DNA of 21,231 nt, taken from Catajapyx aquilonaris. Taxonomy: Eukaryota. The notes beneath the pieces are model-generated. The model made no database searches. It was not told the origin of the DNA and worked only from the letters and a program-made list of their open reading frames with translations. The stretch covers positions 124,001 through 145,231 of the forward strand of contig JYFJ02000319.1 in NCBI GenBank assembly GCA_000934665.2, written 5' to 3'. Made by a program: the position numbers and the translations under genes. Of this stretch, positions 10,025 through 18,951 are shown piece after piece. How positions within the stretch are numbered: the first letter of the stretch is position 1; every line of letters begins with the position of its first letter.

Positions 10025-10272
10025 CTTAAAGAGAGAGAGCCTCAGACAACAACCGACGTCCTTCCGACTCTGAGCCCAGCTCCCCAAATGAAGAAGAACC
10101 AGCGGACTGGGGCGAGGTAAAAACGGGAAGCCGACCCCAGGGCCGCAGTGGTGCCAACCCTGCTCGAATCAAGAGGTCAACCTGGACGCGACTCCTCCCT
10201 CGCCGTTATCCAACAGCAAGTAGCGGATGCCATCGGATGGATCTGCGACACACTGCGTGATACAACATTTAC
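10025..10272 (-). other. Putative 5'-UTR intron of TFIIS
   Basis: On -, donor GAG|GTAAAT at 10272 and acceptor ctctctctctttaag ending at 10025. Confidence 0.45.
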
Positions 10273-10429
10273 CTCATAAAATATGCAAAATTTTCGACTT
10301 GCTACGATGTCGAATGCAATTGCAGGCAATTTTGTATTTTAAAAAACATCTACGCACAAAAAATAACTAGAACACCTAATGGCAAAGCAGTTATTGTTCT
10401 CCCGTGAAAACGAGCAGTTCCTGTGATAA

Positions 10430-10871
10430 ATGGACCAATCATATCGCTCGAAGCATCATTTGGGTCGCCATCTTAAGATCACTGGCCAATAGGGTGAGAG
10501 ACATAAATCACGTCGCGGCAGTAACCTACTGATGTCGAATTATTGGGGCGGCCATGTTGGCCCTCTAGCCAATCTGGCCAATAAACGGGCAGGGTTGATG
10601 CCACGTGACCGATCTGCAAGATGGCCGCCAAAATCCGCCGCAGTTGGCAGCCATGAATCGATGCAATCCGAAATCCAAACACGTAAATGGAACGCTATTT
10701 TACACTTTCAGCGTAACGACCATTTTTAATTTCAAAATAAAGAGGTTTCCGACCCACCCTGCGGATTATCCTGTGCTGGATAAGGGTCGTCGGATCCTTC
10801 GTCTGCGTGCGGTGTCTCCATCTGTGCGCCCGTGACTGGAACCTGGTCGAAACGCAACACAAACATGGCGG
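10430..10871. promoter_or_regulatory. Bidirectional CpG-rich promoter shared by TFIIS (-) and Asx (+)
   Basis: CCAAT at 10435, 10486, 10569 and 10578, ATTGG at 10542; E-box CACGTG 10602-10607; YY1/Pho-type motifs at 10466-10474, 10547-10558, 10617-10629 and 10861-10871; local CpG enrichment between head-to-head genes. Confidence 0.7.
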
Positions 10872-10880
10872 AAATGGAAA

Positions 10881-11041
10881 ATGGCCCTAAAGACAGTTGG
10901 GGCGAAGGGGAGCTGGTCTGGTCCGCGCGGCCCCCGACCCTCCGAGGCCATCGGGAGCACTGAGGCCCGTCCCGCCGACACCGACGCCTCGGAAGCCCAA
11001 GACATGGGCGCCGGGTCGGAAATCATGTGGCCTTACGGAAG
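10881..11041 (+). other. Candidate Asx first exon (3' part; uORF-containing or coding)
   Basis: GC-rich segment with ATGs at 10865 and 10881, ending at GAAG|GTACCA, after which the sequence turns T/AT-rich. The connection to Asx is inferred. Confidence 0.45.
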
Positions 11042-11511
11042 GTACCACGATTTTTTTTTTCATCGAATTTTTAGAAATTATATATCCGATCTGGGCCGTG
11101 AATTTTTAATGAAAGGGAGCATGTGGCGGATAAAGAGGATCGTTCTGGCCACGCTCACTCTGATTTTGGTTGGAATGGGGCCTGACCAGACCCATTTAGG
11201 TTTCTGGCACCCAACGCACAACGAGCGTAATAGTGAAAGGATGTGTGCAGCAGTGCTTGGCTATAGTGCGCCTTAACATTGTGGTAAAACACGCAGCAAG
11301 TGTGCGTTGATGTACCAGGTTGTCATAGTTTTCAACATTTCCAATATTTGTAACCACCCCATGTTGGCCTTATTTAGGGCTGCACGTTCCAGCCGGGCCT
11401 AATTGAAAGTCTGTGCAGCATAGTTAACATGTAGTGAAACCTGTGCATTGTCACTTGGTTTTGCAAAAAATTTATATAATAGGCACATTTCCACTACACC
11501 TGACAATATTA

Positions 11512-11706
11512 AGCGGCGTTTACATGTGAGCGATTTGATCACGCGATGTCGTCGGCGAGCGGTAACAACTCTGAGTAACCCGAGTAACCAATATTGATGG
11601 AGGTGAAAATCGATTGCTACTTTCACCCCAAAAAATTCTGGTTACTTTGCTCAGCAATGACTTCACTTCTCTTCGCTCGTCAAATCGCTTACATGTAAAC
11701 GCACCT
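11512..11706. mobile_element. PIF/Harbinger (Tourist-like) MITE, copy 1
   Basis: TTA|AGCGGCGTTTACATGTGAGCGATTTGA ... TCAAATCGCTTACATGTAAACGCACCT|TTA. Confidence 0.8.
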
Positions 11707-11729
11707 TTAAACTGAATAAAAATGATTTA

Positions 11730-11891
11730 AGGTGTGTTTACATGTGAGCGATTTGACAAGCGAAGCGGAGTGAAGTCTTCGCTGAGGGTGAGTAACCCAA
11801 GTAACCAATATTGTTTGAGGCGAAAATCAATAATTGCTAGTTTCAGCCTCGGCGAAGATTTCGCTCAAATCGCTCACATGTAAACACACCG
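11730..11891. mobile_element. PIF/Harbinger (Tourist-like) MITE, copy 2 (related family)
   Basis: TTA|AGGTGTGTTTACATGTGAGCGATTTGA ... TCAAATCGCTCACATGTAAACACACCG|TTA; shares the internal gagtaaccc(g/a)agtaaccaatattg with copy 1. Confidence 0.8.
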
Positions 11892-12938
11892 TTACGATGC
11901 ATTAACATATCACTGAATTGGTTTCCCCTCATTTGTGTGCTTTCCGAATGCCAAATTTGTGGGATTTGTCGTCAACTTTTCATTCATACTGGCTGCCTGC
12001 TCATGCCTTTTATTTGTTTATTTATTTATTTATTTTATTTTATTTTTCTTTTTGCTCTGGTTTGGTTTGGTGGCCTTTAATTTAGCGGGGTAATCCAGGG
12101 GTTCCATACTGGGCGACCTAAAAATGAAGTGTATTTCTCTGTTCAATTCCACTATGTAAGACAAGAATACGTGGAAAATCATATCAAAATTGTTCTGCAG
12201 TATACAGCTTCTCACTACGTTCAGGTACTGCTATGGAGGTGTTTCACTATATTTTCATGACAATGCACCACCTGAACCAAGGTTACCTAATTAACATATA
12301 TATGAAACCAGTTATTGAATTGTAATGATCCATAAGGCTTATTTTCTCCCCAAAGCACACATTTTAGAAAGGGGCACCTGAAAATATGCTGCATTTCCTG
12401 GCAGTACTAAGTGATCATTTAATTTAGAACAATTTTAAATAATACATAATGCCAATTTTCATGTAATGTACAGAAGTGATTAGTAAACACCATCACAGAT
12501 CTATGAACACCATGTTGCACAGGTACAGCTGGATTCATTTTAAATGCATGTGGCAAGGTCATTATTTACATTTTATTTCTTTATGCCATGTGTTTTATCA
12601 TTTAGTTTGCACTGTATTGGCATTAAAATTGCATATGCTCATGAGTCATGGGGGTGCCCTGAGGTGGAGGCATAACGGGAGATGCATCTTCATTTCTTTT
12701 CACTGGCTTATATTTACCTGGTGAACTCTGAATCAGGAGCACCAACATGGGGTAGGTACATCCACAACATTTCAATGGATACAAATTAATGGGTGCTAGA
12801 TTGTGAAGCTCACAGGGTATGCTAAATGCAAAGTTCGTGTGTGTTTTCAGAACTTCTAATCCACTTCCATATTAACTAGAGCAGTGGTTCCCAAGCTTTT
12901 TTTGTCACATACCTCTTTTCAAATATCGTTGTCTTTAA

Positions 12939-13999
12939 GGATAAAGGGCGTATAGACAATTTTTCAGAAACTGACAAAAATGCGTATTTCAATGTGAAAT
13001 CATCCACCGCATATTTTGGTGAAAGGACAAATGTGTAGGTGGAACAGAGAGCATACAGTGATACTTGATTTGTGGTGACTACGACAGCCAGTCAAAAGAA
13101 ATTGGGACTGATTTTTTTTTGTGACAAGGAGATTTAGTTATGGCATTGTGTCCAGAATAGATTGAATTATTAGAACACCAATTCTTGTTCTAATATTCCA
13201 CAATCCCAGGCGATGGTGACACCGGAAGAGTTAAGTTCATATTTGCCTCGGCTCTACCAGGAAGTCGGTGGTTTTGCTTCCATTTGAAGACAACAGCAAC
13301 GAAGGCATATGACATGTTAAGATATGGTGAAGATGTGTCCCACAGCATTCCGATGGTACAAGGCATTCAGCAAGACTCCGATCAGAGTACTTACAGATGA
13401 AATCATTAACACCACATGTGCAGTGATTGTCAGGAAAGATCACCGAATAACCATGGATGACCTTGCCAGAATGATTGGTACATCCAGTGGTAGTGCCCAC
13501 ACGATTTTTGATTGACCCTTTGCACATGCAATGCGTTTGCATCCGATACGATGATTGTCCCCCCAAGCATTTAACACCACAGGAGAGACAGATGCGGATG
13601 GAGGTTTGTGATGAGTTCCAACATCTTGTGACCTCATATGGTGACCAGTGTCTGCTGTTCACAATCTTAGCATGTTGTACGCCCTTCGCTGGTTTATTAA
13701 AATGGAATCAAAACCTCAACACTTAATTTTGGTCCTCACCTTGCAGAGCGGAGGCAAATGTGAACGTAACTCTACTTCCTGTGTCACCATCTCTTAAGAT
13801 CTTGGAATATTCGCACAGAAGTTGGTGATCTAATACTTCAATCCATTCTGGACACGATGCCATTCACCACGAGTCATGAACTAATTCTCTTTTATCACAT
13901 AAAAATTCAGTCTCAATTTCTTTTGACTGGCCCTCTTACTTTCAACTTATTTTTGCCTCGCCTGTAAAATCACTAAAATGGCCTATTCGCCCTTTCTCC
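12939..13999. mobile_element. TTAA-flanked non-autonomous DNA transposon (Kolobok-like), nested in the hAT
   Basis: TTAA|GGATAAAGGGCGTATAGAC ... GCCTATTCGCCCTTTCTCC|TTAA. GG..CC termini with TTAA fit Kolobok better than piggyBac (CC..GG). Confidence 0.6.
13082..13936 (+). mobile_element. mariner-derived element built from two inverted copies of the 5' end, nested in the Kolobok-like element
   Basis: TA|CGACAGCCAGTCAAAAGAAATTG ... CAATTTCTTTTGACTGGCCCTCT|TA; arms about 180-195 bp. The centre encodes N-terminal transposase pieces: AFRWYKAF, DHRITMDDLARMIGTSSGSAHTI (HTH) and PKHLTPQERQMRMEVC (WVPHEL-like linker). Confidence 0.85.
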
Positions 14000-14109
14000 T
14001 TAACATCGACAATATGTCAGGACGGTTTGTACTCCCACTCCGACTTGTTACCTGATAATAGTAATTGTGGGCACATATCATGTGCTTTCTTCTTTCACGC
14101 TATCTTATG

Positions 14110-14960
14110 GTTAATATTATGGACAAGTGGCTGCAATCTAAGCCTGAGGTCTTTCTCAACACAGAGTTGATGACGGTACTTTGTTTTCATGGACGTAATG
14201 CAGAAAAATAGCTTCGCATAATTAGGTAGTTAATGGTATTAGGTACTTCAGAGCACTGCACTGGCACTGGTTGCCAGGTCCAGATAGGCTTCCATTTTTC
14301 AGCCCAAAGTTCAGAAACTTATTTTTAAATTTTCAAAGTCCCATATGTAGAAATTTTGATGATCTTTTCGTGATTCTGCACTGACATGTTTGGGAGGAGT
14401 AAGAAAACTCAAATACTGACTCAATTGATTGGCATGTCCATCTCAGAAAAATCATTGGTGAATTATTGCGCCAATTGATTAATGCAGGGTCACCTGGATT
14501 AATGTGCTCCAATATGTTGGCTTGGACGCTGACTTCCACTGTCGCTTGAAATAGTTTTGGAGTGTTGGAAATGGTTGGAAAGCAAGCAGAGTTGCTACCT
14601 TGTACACAACCTTCCCAAAACTGGAATTTTTAAAATCATACCTTCAATTTTGTTTTGCACATTAAATATATTGGCAGTAATATCTTGAAGCCCCCAGTTT
14701 CATTCGTTGAGACTCGAAAATTATTGGGCCAAATAGATCAGCCTCTGCAGCTGAATTTGTTTTCAAATCATTCCCAATGTCGCAAAGTGCAGTGGTAGAA
14801 TTGAACCAGTTGTTCAAGTTAACACTGTCATGTTGCTTCTTGAGTTTCAACGCGTGTGCTGAATGAAAGTGGCGTAAGTCAGAAAATGCCTCTGCATATA
14901 ATGAATCATCACTAAAAGAATAATTGCAGCAAAAAGAAAGATGGGAATGAGTAGGACCAT
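14110..14960 (-). pseudogene. hAT transposase remnant (C-terminal half including the dimerisation domain)
   Basis: Manual translation across frameshifts: LGLQDITANIFNVQNKIEGMILK (~14700-14630) and ALKYLIPLTT..CEAIF..MKTKYRHQLCVEKDLRLRL (~14255-14135), matching the Buster-type CExxFS..KTKYRNRL..ExDLR pattern. Confidence 0.75.
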
Positions 14961-15021
14961 TCTGTGTTTTTCTCAGAACTTGGTACGAATGTTGAATCAA
15001 AATATGATTCCCACAAATATA

Positions 15022-15602
15022 CATGGTGGTCGGTAAATGGCAGACAAGCTTCAGGTAGCGAGATTCCTTGTGAAAAATCAGTATATGGAAGTGAAGGTCA
15101 TATTGCTGTACGAGGCCTGGTTAGGGCTCATGAGGCCTCCAAAGTTTGGGCCAAATCATGACGTCACATCCGCCCGCGAAATTCAAACACTACCGTATCG
15201 CCACCGTATGCGGCGTGTTGCTAGGCGTTGCCATGTTGACATCCCCCACATGTTCACCAAACAATGGAACCGTATAAACTGGCTGGGACGTTGCCAGGCA
15301 TTGCCATACTGTCGTCGCCGAGTTCCTGGCAACGTCCCGGCGAGTTTATACGGTTCCATTGTTTGGTGAACATGTGGGGGATGTCAACATGGCAACGCCT
15401 AGCAACACGCCGCATACGGTGGCGATACGGTAGTGTTTGAATTTCGCGGGCAGATGTGACGTCATGATTTGGCCCAAACTTTGGAGGCCTCGTGAGCCTT
15501 AACCAGGCCTCGTAGAGCAATATGACCTTCACTTCCATATATACTGATTTTTCACAAGGATCTCGCTACCTGAAGCTTGTCCGCCATTTACCGACTACCC
15601 TG
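15022..15602. mobile_element. 581-bp near-perfect palindromic MITE with TA TSD (Tc1/mariner-type), nested in the hAT
   Basis: TA|CATGGTGGTCGGTAAATGG ... CCATTTACCGACTACCCTG|TA. Arms are about 277 bp with a ~25-nt spacer; mirror ORFs 15037..15369(+) and 15254..15538(-) are nearly identical. Confidence 0.92.
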
Positions 15603-16160
15603 TAGAGACAGATGCCATTGCATCATAAGGGTACTCCCAAAATTGTGTTCACATACTCCAGTTTGAAACCCACTGAAGTAGAGATCTGATAATTTGTATG
15701 GTGATAGCTGATTAGCCAAAACCCACAGGGAAAAGTCCCACAATGCCTCATTCTTTTGCATTAGGGCCTATGCTCCAAAAATATAGGCAGATGAAACCCC
15801 AATAAACATCTAGATACACGGGAAATAGTATTAGCATTATCTCTGACACCTTTGATGATACATGATGGCAATACCATAACTTCATCCAGACTTCCATCCT
15901 CAGTATGATGATCGCTAGCCAGCAGCTTCTTGCCCGCACCACTCACCCACCCAGCAACACCCAAACCCTTCATCCAAAAATATAGGTAGAGGCGGAGTGG
16001 GAGAGTACATGACTGGGGATGGTCCAGTTGTGTTCGGCCCCAGGTATTAAGGGTGGAGTGGTTCGCTCTGGGGAATTAAGTGAGAGGGGAGGGTGGGCTG
16101 GAATAATGCAGTGATGTAGGCGGCCCGCCCTTACCCACTCCTGGTCAATTGAAATCTGCC

Positions 16161-16325
16161 GAACGCACCCCTGGAACCTCACACTCTTCAAGTTTCCATG
16201 GAGATGCCCTCACCCAGCAATATGAGTATTGAACAGTGTTCTTTCGTTGGCACTAATTACTCTTATTGTTGCATGAGGGCATCTCCATGGAAACTTGAAG
16301 AGTGTGAGGTCCCAGGGGTGCATTC
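16161..16325. mobile_element. 165-bp palindromic MITE-like element, unclassified
   Basis: gaacgcacccctggaacctcacactcttcaagtttccatggagatgccctca pairs with tgagggcatctccatggaaacttgaagagtgtgaggtcccaggggtgcattc; no clear TSD. Confidence 0.7.
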
Positions 16326-16341
16326 TAGGATGTCCTTTGAC

Positions 16342-16489
16342 TAATGTACGGAAAATGAGAGAGCGATCTGACGTCATCAAGCTTTCCATGGAAATATTCT
16401 CACAGAACAATATGAGTAAACAGTGTCAACAAAAAGCAACAATGGAAGAAATGATTATGTCAGATCGTTCTCTCGTTTTCTGTACATTA
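16342..16489. mobile_element. 148-bp MITE-like element with ~32-bp inverted ends
   Basis: taatgtacggaaaatgagagagcgatctgac ... gtcagatcgttctctcgttttctgtacatta. Confidence 0.6.
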
Positions 16490-16722
16490 CAGACGTGAGT
16501 CTGAATGAAGCATGAGTTGACTCTTAGCAGAGGGTAAGTGAATATGGAATGTGAGGAAATGTATAGCCTATTGGTAGCTGGCTGTTATTCACTAATAATT
16601 ATGTGGTAACCGCTTAGTGAGGGTTTTTGAGTTCAAGTGTATGTAATAATGAGTGTTACGTTTCTTCCAGATTTCCAAAGCCATAACTTCAATGTGAAGC
16701 AAGAACACCAGCAAGAGAAAGT

Positions 16723-17550
16723 ATGGCAATGGAAAAGCCAGATGGTGGGGAAGGGACTGTGGCCCCAACCAGTCCCAATCCCACTGTATCTGATGCAACC
16801 CATACCAACAGTGACACAGCTAGTGTCACTATAGAATCTAACTCAGCTCCACCCGAGCCTCCTTGCAAGGAGATGGAGAAGGACCTCTGTGAGCCAGTTC
16901 GTGTGAATGGCATTGATCCTTCCGCTCCTTCTCCAGAGCAGCATTTGGCAACTACCAAGACGCGAGTACGCCGTGCTGCTGCTGCAGCAGCTGCTGCAGT
17001 GGTCGCTTCTAGCAGTCGCACTGCACAGATTGCCCTGAGGAAGGAGAACAGACGCAGGAGGCAGGCTGCACCAGCTGCAGAGCCAACCCCACCTGAGCTG
17101 CCCATGCCAATCCCTTCCAGTTCGAGCAAGCCACAAACAGTACGAGAAATTTTGGCCTCCATTCCAGGGTTCAAGCCCCGCAAGCGCTCAGGTCGTAAGT
17201 TGTCAACAGCTGCCCAGCTGGAGCAGACCAAGGAAGGGTGCATTGATCTGGAGACCCCAGATTCAATCCTGGTCCATACAAACCTGCGATGCCTGCTGAA
17301 TAAGCACAGCTTTGCTTCTCTCCCTGCACTTTACCAGTATAAATTAATTCAGTTGCTGCCAGAAGTGGACAAGGTGACAGGGTCGGATAGCACTGTGAGA
17401 TTGAGCAGCTCAGGGTTGAACAATGAGTTCTTTGCCCGTGCCTGTCAAGAGTGGAGGGCTAGGCTGGCTGAAGGGGAGTTTACACCAGAGTGCCAGCAGA
17501 AGCTCAAGATAGAATCGGAGAAGCAGAAGAACAAGCTTGACCCTTGGAAG
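16723..17550 (+). CDS. Asx: Additional sex combs (Asx/ASXL) exon with DEUBAD/ASXH domain
   Basis: [51 protein letters not shown]...LIQLLPEVD...[25 protein letters not shown]...KLDPWK|gtaata. Acceptor tttcttccag ends at 16670; ATG 16723 is in a good context (agtATGG), but the start is inferred. Confidence 0.92.
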
Positions 17551-17633
17551 GTAATACATCACTAGTTCATTTACTAGCCTAACCCATTGCTCTAGCCTTG
17601 GTAGTTGATTGCTCAGTTAGTCATACATTGCAG

Positions 17634-17651
17634 TTATTATTATTATTACAT

Positions 17652-17726
<75 letters not shown>

Positions 17727-17739
17727 GTATTATTACTAC
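17634..17739. repeat. (TAT)n/(TAC)n trinucleotide microsatellite in an Asx intron
   Basis: Directly visible; it produces the spurious poly-L and poly-Y ORFs. Confidence 0.95.
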
Positions 17740-18164
17740 CAGTGGCATACTGCCATGGGAGAAATACTACAGTACTTCAGGTATATGATGTGTAATACGG
17801 GTATGTGGTATAAGTCTGTGCATTTCAACCAGAGCCATGACTTGTTTTATAGAACACGAAAAGGTCACTTTAGAAATAGTGTCATTCAACAGACTTGTGT
17901 ACCCAGATTTTCTTAGAATTGTATATATGGCTCATTTTTTGCTTTGTTCTTAAAATACTGTTATGCTTGACGTACTGTAACCATCTATTATAGAGACAAT
18001 GTGCCCCTTTTTTAAAATATTTATCCTGCATGTTGCTGATGTGCAATGATTGAACGTTATTGTGGCAGGTGTAATTTGCAAGACCTGTAGATTTCTAGGC
18101 AATCTAAAGAATCTTCCTATGTGTGTTGGTTTCATTTGACAATGTACCCCTTGTGATTGGATAG

Positions 18165-18495
18165 GTGAAGCATTTTGAGCCTCTCTGGGGAGACAAGAAG
18201 CTGCTGAATTCAATAGTGGATTCCCCATCAAAGCCTTTGACCTCACTGCCCTCCTCCTCATCCCAACCTACTACGTCAGCTCCAGCCAATCCCCCGCCAA
18301 TCAAACTTACCATCAAGCCTGTCCTAAAGAAGCCTGCCTTGAGCAGCACTGTGTCTTCAAGCAGCAACAACATTACCATATCCAGTTCCATTGGTGATGC
18401 TTCTTGTTCCAAGAGGCCTTCAGGACCTGCCTCTCATGAAGCTCCTGTGGTCAAGAAGATAAAACTGTCCAACTCTGCGGCTGTCATCAAGCAAG
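18165..18495 (+). CDS. Asx: Asx exon (end of DEUBAD region, Ser/Pro/Lys-rich)
   Basis: ggatag|VKHFEPLWGDK continues the conserved DPWKxKHFEPxWG motif; ends CAAG|gtaac; 331 nt, phase 0/1. Confidence 0.88.
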
Positions 18496-18951
18496 GTAAC
18501 GACACATTTTGCAAAGACAACTACTTAAAGGATCTTGATACTGATGTCAAGGATACATAATTCAACAATATAAAGAAATCAAATGAAATATTTATTTCTT
18601 GCATAAGAGCTTTCCCCATTTCTGTTAGTTTTTATTTATTATGAGGGATAAGTGAGGTAATCATGAGACAGAATTGGCAGAAGTGGTCGATTCAGGGTGC
18701 TAATGTAACCTATGGAGATCTGGCATTAGCAAGTGCTACCCCAATCTCAAGGCCTTCCAGTTTGACCTGCTCATGCAAGTGTCATTACATTCAATGAGCA
18801 AACAATAATTAATGTCCAATATATTCAAGGCGAAATTTTACGGAGCCCTAACATTCCTCATCCTGAAGTATGACGCAGATGATTATGATATGTTAGAGCG
18901 CTTTATTTAAAAACGGACAGGGGTATAACATTCTTTCTCCTTTCTACTCAG

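Larger units (their letters stand above)
12882..15675 (-). mobile_element. Degenerate hAT (Buster/Charlie-type) transposon carrying nested insertions
   Basis: TIRs CAGTGGTTCCCAAGC (12882) and CAGTGGGTTTCAAAC (reverse complement, ending 15675). 8-bp TSD AACTAGAG versus AAGTAGAG (7/8, central TA). Frameshifted transposase remnants lie inside on -. Confidence 0.8.

Noticed and set aside
14119..14150. ATG-MDKWL on + as a hAT transposase start
   Set aside because: Coincidental; the same bases encode the hAT C-terminal dimerisation motif on the - strand.
15037..15538. Two near-identical ORFs on opposite strands as a gene pair
   Set aside because: A consequence of the palindromic MITE.
15700..16150. 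Possible retroelement fragment with short - strand ORFs
   Set aside because: No recognisable protein motif, terminal repeat or TSD; left unannotated.
17598..17916. Poly-Leu and poly-Tyr ORFs
   Set aside because: Translation of an intronic (TAC)n microsatellite.
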